Origin: a virus
Lineage: Duplodnaviria > Caudoviricetes
Reading direction: 5' to 3' (one strand)
IMG/VR virus record: IMGVR_UViG_3300010271_000143
Coordinates: 1 to 34,756 of that record
DNA: 34,756 nucleotides
Part shown: one piece after another, positions 26,550 through 33,313 of the stretch
How the letters are laid out: each line of letters begins with the position of its first letter
How positions within the stretch are numbered: position 1 is the stretch's first letter
Translations under genes and position numbers: made by a program
Notes under the pieces: model-generated
Told to the model about the DNA's origin: nothing
The model's input: only the letters and a program-made list of their open reading frames with translations
Database searches by the model: none

Positions 26550-27497
26550 TTACGATACCTCCTTAATTTTAAAAACTCTTACGGTTTGCGCAGGCTTGAG
26601 ATATTTTTTATATATATCTTCTTGCTCTGATTGAAGTTTTTTAGTATCTAATGTTTGCCGGACTTGGTTTTTCCACTCTACAACATATCCTTGAGCCCTG
26701 CCTATTTCTGCATCAGCTAAAGCAAGCTGCAACTCTTGTTTGATTGCGTCTCTTTGTTTCGTTAACTCATTGACTTGCTCATCAAGCTCTAAATACTGCT
26801 GTATTTTGCTTTCATGTCCGTATAATGCGACTTCTTCTCGCTCATTAGCTTCCGGGAATAGTTGTTTAATAAGTTCTGATGTGCTCTTTGCTCCGTCTGG
26901 TGCAGGTGGGATTTTTTTCGTTATATGTTCTGTCCAAAAGTACTTTTCTGCTTCTATAAGAGCCTGTATTTCATTTTCATCACGTTCGATAGTAAATACA
27001 TGAAATGCTTTGTTTAGTACTAATACTGCTAAATACCAACGTTCTGCACCGGTGACGGCCATATAGTGCATACACTGTACATAATAGTTTGCCGGGAATT
27101 CTCCTTGTGCGAATTTGGTTTTATTCAGAATAGATGTTGTTTTGCATTCTAAACCGGCATTTTCACCTACTACCCAACGGTCTATATTTGCAGTCATAAA
27201 AGTGTGTTCTGGATGTTTCAGTATTGCATTTCTTCTGCGGACCTTTTTCCCCGTTTCTTCACAAAACCTTTGTGCAACATAGTCCTCTAAATCTCTGCCC
27301 TGTCTCATGGCTTCATTATCGGGCTGCTCTTCTTTTAGCCCGATTTTATCTGCATATACATCAAATGCCGACTTATATCGGTCAAGTCCGACAATGGCGG
27401 CTGCATCACTGCCGCCGATCCCTTGCCGGCGAATTTCAAGCCATTCATTCCGTGTCATATCTATCGTTTTTGCAAGCGTTACCGCTGTCATAATCAT
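26550..27497 (-). CDS. YqaJ-like (lambda exonuclease family) recombination nuclease
   Basis: EWLEIRRQGIGGSDAAAIVG, ANIDR, GLECKT, YYVQCMHYM. Confidence 0.95.
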   Translation of the reverse strand: MIMTAVTLAKTIDMTRNEWLEIRRQGIGGSDAAAIVGLDRYKSAFDVYADKIGLKEEQPDNEAMRQGRDLEDYVAQRFCEETGKKVRRRNAILKHPEHTFMTANIDRWVVGENAGLECKTTSILNKTKFAQGEFPANYYVQCMHYMAVTGAERWYLAVLVLNKAFHVFTIERDENEIQALIEAEKYFWTEHITKKIPPAPDGAKSTSELIKQLFPEANEREEVALYGHESKIQQYLELDEQVNELTKQRDAIKQELQLALADAEIGRAQGYVVEWKNQVRQTLDTKKLQSEQEDIYKKYLKPAQTVRVFKIKEVS

Positions 27498-27609
27498 TCA
27501 TCTCCTCTTCTTTTTATTTCCCCTGCCCCTCTTGTACTTGCCCGCTAAAGCACTTACTGGCCGCCTTGACAGCGAAGCACGGAGCGTTCGCAGGGGTAAT
27601 TTTTAAGCA

Positions 27610-27686
27610 TTGACACATTAAACTATCAATGATAAAATGAAATTGATGAATACTTTTATTTTTGCACTTGAAAAAGTGCTTTTTTT
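27610..27686 (+). ncRNA. Candidate ~45-nt sRNA with its own sigmaA promoter and terminator, antisense to the early operon
   Basis: TTGACA(27610)-17 bp-TAAAAT(27633) with TGn; terminator GCACTT-GAAA-AAGTGC-T7 (27664-27686); no ORF between them. Confidence 0.55.
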
Positions 27687-27828
27687 ATGCCCTAAAATCA
27701 ATATGTTCAGGCTTTTTCTTTTTGAAGAGTCTGTACTCTGTAATTTCTGCTCCCCACATCCATCCGGCTGCGAAACACACTGCACATAATCCGATTAGCA
27801 ATATCAATACTTGTGTGTTACTCGGCAT
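27685..27828 (-). CDS. 47-aa single-TM protein (MPSNTQVLILLIGLCAVCFAAGWMWG...)
   Basis: Hand-translated; RBS GAAAGGGGG; co-oriented with the early operon. Confidence 0.65.
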   Translation of the reverse strand: MPSNTQVLILLIGLCAVCFAAGWMWGAEITEYRLFKKKKPEHIDFRA

Positions 27829-27845
27829 TTAATCATCCCCCTTTC

Positions 27846-28028
27846 TTAAGCAATCAATTTAGCTAAACGAACGCAATTTTTTGCCAAATTCAGTACTTCT
27901 GGAAGAGTTGCTTTCTTTTTGAAATAAATTTTATTGAACTTGATATCTTTATCTAGTAAATTACATAGATACAAGAACTGTGAATCCGATAAGTCCCCTG
28001 TTTTTGCTTCGATTAATTTTCTTAACAT
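27846..28028 (-). CDS. Hypothetical early protein (likely start ATG 28028, 60 aa)
   Basis: RBS GAGAGG; the longer ORF-track version overlaps the upstream gene. Confidence 0.6.
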   Translation of the reverse strand: MLRKLIEAKTGDLSDSQFLYLCNLLDKDIKFNKIYFKKKATLPEVLNLAKNCVRLAKLIA

Positions 28029-28033
28029 TATGT

Positions 28034-28471
28034 TCATCCTCTCGCAAATACTACTGATAGACCGGCACCTACCATTTCCAAAAGTTCTTTTTCGATGTCC
28101 TGCCAAACGTCATGCTCATGTTCATCAATCACACCATCACAGGCCACATCAACCATGCGATGGTTTATGTCTGTGACGTCTTTGACTTCCTTTTGCAGTT
28201 TCAGGACCGACCTTGGCAAATCTAAGATGTGTAATTCCGGAAGGAACCTCCTGCCAACTTCTGTAGAATTTTTCAAATGTAAATATGCTAAATATTTTGC
28301 TCCGTATACTTCTACCATCCGGCATACTATGTCATCCGGTGGAGTTGTTCTGCCTGCTTCATATTCCAGCAAACTACGTGCTGATATATGTAGCTGTTCA
28401 GCTGCTTGTTCTTGTGTGAATCCTGCAGAAAGTCTGGCACTTTTGTAGACATTTCCGCAAGTTCTCTTCAT
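28034..28471 (-). CDS. XRE HTH regulator with a CII-like C-terminus
   Basis: TQEQAAEQLHISARSLLEYEAGRT HTH; DGVIDEHE motif of CII-like phage regulators. Confidence 0.8.
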   Translation of the reverse strand: MKRTCGNVYKSARLSAGFTQEQAAEQLHISARSLLEYEAGRTTPPDDIVCRMVEVYGAKYLAYLHLKNSTEVGRRFLPELHILDLPRSVLKLQKEVKDVTDINHRMVDVACDGVIDEHEHDVWQDIEKELLEMVGAGLSVVFARG

Positions 28472-28597
28472 TCCATCGTCACCTCCTCTCGTGTATAATC
28501 AAGATAAAGAATTCTCTCCTGTTCCTTTCAATATTTGCCCGTCCTCGCTTTCCGACAAACCTCCCTCCTGCTTGTTCTGGAAAGCTTCTTTTGAATC

Positions 28598-28840
28598 TTA
28601 CGGCTCAACTCTTCTAAGTTGTCCGTAATTAATAATGTTTTCATAATCATAATCACAATCTTCTCTGACATTCTCTAAAGCTTTTTGTTTAAGGAATTCG
28701 TCTACCTGCTCAATATCAAATATATATCTGTTGCCTGCTCTAAAGTGCGGAATTTTACCTGCACGTGCCTGAGTATAGAGAAAATGTTTCGATACTCCCA
28801 ATGCTTCCGCCGCATCTTTTAATAGCATCCTTTTAGCCAC
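28598..28840 (-). CDS. Excisionase-like HTH_17 protein
   Basis: LKDAAEALGVSKHFLY..ARAGKIPHFRAGNRYIF. Confidence 0.85.
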   Translation of the reverse strand: MAKRMLLKDAAEALGVSKHFLYTQARAGKIPHFRAGNRYIFDIEQVDEFLKQKALENVREDCDYDYENIINYGQLRRVEP

Positions 28841-28864
28841 TTAAACAACCTCCTTTCATCATCC

Positions 28865-28893
28865 TTGTCCACCGCCTTCAACTATGGTAAAAT
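28865..28893 (+). promoter_or_regulatory. sigmaA promoter for the counter-oriented Zn-ribbon gene
   Basis: TTGTCC-17 bp-TAAAAT with TGn, followed by RBS AAGGGAGGTG. Confidence 0.65.
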
Positions 28894-28916
28894 TTTGTGG
28901 AAGGGAGGTGACATAT

Positions 28917-29189
28917 ATGGCTACTCGTGCTGATATAGTCTGCAAAAACTGTGATAATACTTTTCATGTGTTCTGGCACAACTGGGAAAAACAACTTCCA
29001 CTTGAATGTCCTTACTGCAACAAGAAAATCGATGATACAATGACCGAAATGATTAAACATGCATTGGCATGTGTCTGGGAAACAAATTATCATTTCAGGA
29101 AGTATCACGATGAACGTAACGAGCCATTGTTTGAAGTAAACATTACTGAAGTCCATGTTCCAATTGATAAATTTGACTTATATGATTAA
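28917..29189 (+). CDS. Zinc-ribbon protein (CKNC...CPYC), counter-oriented in the early operon (likely start ATG 28917)
   Basis: Own promoter and strong RBS; two CxxC pairs. Confidence 0.75.
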   Translation: MATRADIVCKNCDNTFHVFWHNWEKQLPLECPYCNKKIDDTMTEMIKHALACVWETNYHFRKYHDERNEPLFEVNITEVHVPIDKFDLYD

Positions 29190-29361
29190 AAAAATCATTT
29201 GCTACCAATGGTGTTATATTACATTCCCTAAGAACTCCTAAAACTGTTTGAACTATTAAGTTGTATTTTTCTTTGCCACAGGAGCTTATCAATAATTTAC
29301 GCTTGTTTTCTAAAGCTTCTGTGGTAGTTTCAAGCTTATTTATCAAATCCACCGCCCTCAC
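29143..29361 (-). CDS. Hypothetical protein downstream of cro
   Basis: GTG start overlapping the cro stop, RBS GAGGGGAG; 3' end overlaps the convergent gene. Confidence 0.5.
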   Translation of the reverse strand: MRAVDLINKLETTTEALENKRKLLISSCGKEKYNLIVQTVLGVLRECNITPLVANDFFNHISQIYQLEHGLQ

Positions 29362-29585
29362 CTCCCCTCAGTGCCGGTTTTGAATAACTTGCCCTCGTCC
29401 TGATAAAAGAGTGTCCAATCAAAGCTCAGAACTGCGGCTATTTTTTTTGCGACTTCAACAGAAGGGTTTGCGTTCCCGTTTTCAATTTCAGTTATCATTG
29501 TTCTTGAAATTCCTACTTCTTTTGCAAGCTGCTCTTGCGTCAAGTTATTTGACTTACATCTTAATTCTTTTAACCATATCCGCAC
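29358..29585 (-). CDS. Cro-like XRE repressor (likely start GTG 29585)
   Basis: LTQEQLAKEVGISRTMITEIENGNANPSVEVAKKIA; divergent from cI; RBS GGAGGTG. Confidence 0.9.
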   Translation of the reverse strand: MRIWLKELRCKSNNLTQEQLAKEVGISRTMITEIENGNANPSVEVAKKIAAVLSFDWTLFYQDEGKLFKTGTEGR

Positions 29586-29602
29586 ATTTTTCACCTCCAA
29601 AA

Positions 29603-29722
29603 GTCAATTTACTTGACCTAGTCTTATTATAAGTCAATATAATTGACTTTGTCAAGTATAGTTTTATAAAATTGTCAATTTTTTTGACATGCATTGATGT
29701 CAATAATTTTGACATGTATAAT
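29603..29722. promoter_or_regulatory. Lysis/lysogeny switch: four GTCAA-N5-TTGAC operators and divergent promoters
   Basis: Operators at 29603-29617, 29633-29647, 29674-29688 and 29699-29713; leftward TTGACA-18-TATAAT (29655..29626); rightward TTGATG-17-TATAAT (29694..29722). Confidence 0.88.
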
Positions 29723-29750
29723 AGATATATAAATATTGGTGGTGAATGTT

Positions 29751-30182
29751 ATGATAGGACAAAGACTAAAAACCCTTCGAGAAGAAAAAGGATTAAAACA
29801 AATTGATATTGCAAACATGTTAGGAGTAAGTCGTACTACATACACGCAGTACGAAACAGGAAAAAGTGAACCCGACCTTGCTACGGTTGCAAAACTTTCA
29901 AGTTTCTTTCAAGTTTCATCCGATTTTCTATTAGGAAAAACCAACATTCGAAATCCGGCCGATGAATTTCTCGTCCAAGCCAAAGAACAATACGGCTCAC
30001 GAGGTAAAAAGCAAGCCGAAGAGCTGTTAGAAAATATGCAGGCTTTATTCGAAGGCGGAGAGCTTCCAGACGAGGATAAAGACGAGTTTTTCCGTGCAAT
30101 TACCGAGATATATTTTGATGCTAAAGAAAAGAATAAAAAGTATACTCCTAAAAAGTATAGGAAACAAGATAATGAGTCATAG
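29751..30182 (+). CDS. CI/ImmR-like XRE repressor lacking an S24 autopeptidase domain (likely start ATG 29751)
   Basis: RLKTLREEKGLKQ..YETGKSEPD..VSSDFLLG; C-terminal ALFEGGEL..YTPKKY. Confidence 0.92.
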   Translation: MIGQRLKTLREEKGLKQIDIANMLGVSRTTYTQYETGKSEPDLATVAKLSSFFQVSSDFLLGKTNIRNPADEFLVQAKEQYGSRGKKQAEELLENMQALFEGGELPDEDKDEFFRAITEIYFDAKEKNKKYTPKKYRKQDNES

Positions 30183-30235
30183 GTTGTTTAACAGTGAAGC
30201 AATAACTAAAAATGACTATAAAAGGAGGCTTATAT

Positions 30236-31045
30236 ATGGATAAGTATTGTTCTAACTGTGGAGAACCTATACACGGGAATTTCTGCTCTAATTGCGGTAA
30301 ACCTGTAAAAAGCAATGTAGGAAACAATCACATAACCAATCCCGTTAACGTTTCAGGTATTAAAAGTAACAAAAAAGGCAGTGGCTGTTTAAAATTTTTT
30401 CTAGTCGGTTTCTTGTGTTTCGTCACAATATCTATAATCTCATCAATATTGAACATCAATAAAAATCCAAATCTTTCAACTAATAATAGCAAACAAACAG
30501 AGTTTCAAAAAATAACTGAAACTACACCTGAACAAGCAGATGCAATATTAAATATTCTTAAACAATGTGGAGTAGATAACATAACCTCTATTGTACCAGA
30601 TGAAATGTTAAACGATATGCATGAGGAAGGCGAAAAAGGTTATCGCTTATCTGCAAACGGTATAAATAATATTATTCTATATTTAAAATCAGATAAGACA
30701 GTAAATAAGGTACGGTATGCCGACAATGAACTCTATTCCAACGGAACTATACATTCAACATTAAAAGATTATACATTCACGCTTGATGAAAAAAGCAATT
30801 TAAAAACTTCGTGTCAAGAAGCAATAAAATCAATATTAAAGTCGCCTTCTACTGCAAAATTTCCAAATATAACAGAGTGGAAATTTGCTAAGCAAAACGG
30901 TCAAATAATTATACAAAGCTATGTTGATTCTCAAAATTCATTTGGAGCAGAATTAAGAAGCCAATTTCAATTTATATTAGATGCCAATGACTATACAATT
31001 AAATCTTTAATATTTGATGGCAAAGAAATGATAAATAACAATTGA
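30236..31045 (+). CDS. Zn-ribbon plus TM plus extracellular-domain membrane protein (likely start ATG 30236)
   Basis: CSNCG..CSNCG, one TM helix, C-terminal LKSPSTAKFP..VDSQNSFGA motif; RBS AAAGGAGG. Confidence 0.75.
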   Translation: MDKYCSNCGEPIHGNFCSNCGKPVKSNVGNNHITNPVNVSGIKSNKKGSGCLKFFLVGFLCFVTISIISSILNINKNPNLSTNNSKQTEFQKITETTPEQADAILNILKQCGVDNITSIVPDEMLNDMHEEGEKGYRLSANGINNIILYLKSDKTVNKVRYADNELYSNGTIHSTLKDYTFTLDEKSNLKTSCQEAIKSILKSPSTAKFPNITEWKFAKQNGQIIIQSYVDSQNSFGAELRSQFQFILDANDYTIKSLIFDGKEMINNN

Positions 31046-31064
31046 TAACAAAATAAAGCACTGT

Positions 31065-31520
31065 GTGGTGTCAACCATGAGGGACTACATCGAGTACAAG
31101 GCAAAAAAGTTGATACACAAGTACAAAACCAGAAATCCTTTTGAACTTGCTGAAGCACTTAATATTACTATTAAGTTTTATGATTTCAAAGAACTTAAAG
31201 GATTTTATACATATTACAAACGAAACAGATATATTGGTATAAATCAAAATCTATGTAAGATTGAGCAAGCGCTTTGCTGCGCTCATGAAATTGGGCATGA
31301 TCAGTTACACAGGCACTTAACCTACTACATGAAAGATTATAATTTTTTCACCAACTCAAAAGCAGAATATCAAGCAAATCTTATGGCTGCACATATACTA
31401 GTTCCTGATGAACTTTTGGACAAATATTCTACAACCAACCTTACCATAGAACAGATTGCTTCTAAAGAAAATTTATATCCCAACCTAATTAAATTAAAAT
31501 TCAGTTTAAATATGCTTTAA
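31065..31520 (+). CDS. immA: ImmA/IrrE-family metallopeptidase (anti-repressor)
   Basis: TRNPFELA, CAHEIGH (HExxH), EYQANLMAAHILVP. Confidence 0.92.
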   Translation: MVSTMRDYIEYKAKKLIHKYKTRNPFELAEALNITIKFYDFKELKGFYTYYKRNRYIGINQNLCKIEQALCCAHEIGHDQLHRHLTYYMKDYNFFTNSKAEYQANLMAAHILVPDELLDKYSTTNLTIEQIASKENLYPNLIKLKFSLNML

Positions 31521-31547
31521 AAAATATTTTATAAAGGAGGACATACG

Positions 31548-33017
31548 GTGAACAATTTTTCACAACACGTGCCGGGCTTCAGAAGTAACACTACGTGGAA
31601 AAAGGTTGTAGCCGTTATTTACTACATAATGGCACTATTAATGCTAAGTGAAGGCTGGGGAATGTGTCTGTTTGCTTTATCATTACCTTTTTTAGTATTT
31701 TCTTTCATAGACATTACACATTATAAGAAAAAAGCTATACCTCTTAAAAATGCACTCATTCCGTTCATCTTGTCACTAACTATTGCAGTAATCGGTTCAA
31801 ATATGATACCTAATGAATCAAAAACAGCACTTAATGAACCAGTAAAATTAGAAGAACAATCAGAGCAAGAACGACAAGCAAAATCAGCCGGAGAACAATT
31901 AAAATTAGAGCAACAAGTTAATCTTGAATTAAAAGCGGAGGAAGAAAAACATAAGGCTGAAGAAGAGGCTAAAAAATCTAATTCCGAAGTAAAGGGTCAA
32001 CTAAAGGTACATTATATTGATGTTGGACAAGGTGACAGCATACTTGTACATACAAATGATGTGGCTATGCTTATTGATGCAGGCGAACGTGGATATGGAC
32101 CCGGTGTTGTAAATTATATTAAAGATCAAGGTATAAATAAATTAGATTATCTTATATTGACACATCCACATGCAGACCATATTGGAGGAGCTACCTATGT
32201 AATAAATGCTTTTGACATAGGAAAAATAATTATGCCAAAAGCATCACACACATCACAGACATTTGAAAACTTATTAACCACAATACAAAACAAAGGAATG
32301 AAGATCACCTCCCCTAATCCAGGAGATGAATATCAACTCGGCAGTGCAAAATTTATCATAGTTGCTCCTAATAGTTCAAGTTACAATGACTTAAATGACT
32401 ATTCTGTAGTTTGCAAAGTTGTGTTTGCTGATACTTCTTTCCTGTTTACAGGAGATGCTGAAAGCATTTCTGAAAATGAAATAATTAACAAAGGATTTGA
32501 TATAAAAGCAGATATCCTTAAAGTAGGCCACCATGGTTCCGATAGCTCTACTACAGAACAGTTCCTAAAAACTGTAAGTCCAAAATATGCTATAATAAGT
32601 TGTGGTAAAGGCAATCAATACGGTCATCCTACACAGGCAGTATTAAATAGATTGGCAGCAAATAATGTGGAACTATATAGGACTGATGAGTCTGGAACCA
32701 TAGTAGCTACCAGTGATGGAAAAACAATAACATTTGATAAAAAGGCCAGTCCTATAAAACAAAACGCACCACCCGAGCAAGAAAGAAAAGCAGAATCTAC
32801 TCCAAAAACACAACCACAACAAGAAGCTAAATCTACAATTAAGAGTACACCTACACCTGAAACTGATAATGTACAAGAAGTTTATATAACAAATACAGGT
32901 GAAAAATATCATAGATCTAATTGCAGATATTTGAGAAAAAGTAAAATACCTATAAGCTTAAGTAAAGCAAAAAGCTCTGGTTATGAACCATGCAAAGTAT
33001 GTAGTCCACCCAGATAA
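31548..33017 (+). CDS. Membrane-anchored ComEC/Rec2-like metallo-beta-lactamase-fold hydrolase (putative nuclease) with a C-terminal Zn-binding domain
   Basis: N-terminal TMs (PGFRS..WKK), IDVGQGD, THPHADHIGG, FTGDAE, VGHHGS, YGHP, YRTD..G; C-terminal TGEKYH..C..GYEPCKVC. Confidence 0.9.
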   Translation: MNNFSQHVPGFRSNTTWKKVVAVIYYIMALLMLSEGWGMCLFALSLPFLVFSFIDITHYKKKAIPLKNALIPFILSLTIAVIGSNMIPNESKTALNEPVKLEEQSEQERQAKSAGEQLKLEQQVNLELKAEEEKHKAEEEAKKSNSEVKGQLKVHYIDVGQGDSILVHTNDVAMLIDAGERGYGPGVVNYIKDQGINKLDYLILTHPHADHIGGATYVINAFDIGKIIMPKASHTSQTFENLLTTIQNKGMKITSPNPGDEYQLGSAKFIIVAPNSSSYNDLNDYSVVCKVVFADTSFLFTGDAESISENEIINKGFDIKADILKVGHHGSDSSTTEQFLKTVSPKYAIISCGKGNQYGHPTQAVLNRLAANNVELYRTDESGTIVATSDGKTITFDKKASPIKQNAPPEQERKAESTPKTQPQQEAKSTIKSTPTPETDNVQEVYITNTGEKYHRSNCRYLRKSKIPISLSKAKSSGYEPCKVCSPPR

Positions 33018-33039
33018 ATAATGAGGAGGTAACAAATAT

Positions 33040-33237
33040 ATGAAAGTTGTAATAGATCGTTTTGAAGGCGATTATGCTATTGTTGAATTAGATGATATGT
33101 CTATGGTAAATATGCCTAAACAACTTATCCCGAAAAATGCAAAAGAAGGTGATATAATATCAATTGAAATAGATAATAATGAAACTAATGAAAGAAAAAA
33201 AAGAATAAAAAAATTAATGGATAATTTGTGGGAATAG
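33040..33237 (+). CDS. DUF3006 family protein
   Basis: VIDRFEGDYAIVE..P..AKEGDII..ET.ERKKRIKKLMDNLWE. Confidence 0.9.
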   Translation: MKVVIDRFEGDYAIVELDDMSMVNMPKQLIPKNAKEGDIISIEIDNNETNERKKRIKKLMDNLWE

Positions 33238-33242
33238 TATCT

Positions 33243-33271
33243 CTGCCGGCTACAGCTGGCAGTATATTTTT
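33243..33271 (+). terminator. Probable terminator ending the lysogeny operon
   Basis: CTGCCGGC-TACA-GCTGGCAG-TATATTTTT. Confidence 0.55.
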
Positions 33272-33276
33272 AAAAC

Positions 33277-33296
33277 TATAATCGAACATATGTTTT
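33277..33296 (+). promoter_or_regulatory. -10 element plus LexA (Cheo/SOS) box upstream of the integrase
   Basis: TATAAT (33277-33282) directly followed by CGAACATATGTTTT, matching the Firmicute GAAC-N4-GTTY consensus. Confidence 0.7.
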
Positions 33297-33313
33297 GTAA
33301 AGGAGTGAATAAA

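Noticed and set aside
28499-28597. Short minus-strand frame (..QEGGLSESEDGQILKGTGENSLS) after the Xis-like gene
   Set aside because: The SD-like GGAGG is only 1-5 nt from the TTG and the product would be 19 aa; it may be a gene remnant but cannot be supported.
28878-29156. 92-aa minus-strand ORF
   Set aside because: Fully antisense to the Zn-ribbon gene, which has a promoter and strong RBS.
29603-29713. Regularly spaced palindromes as a mini-CRISPR array
   Set aside because: 15-bp dyads overlapping divergent cI/cro promoters are better explained as repressor operators.
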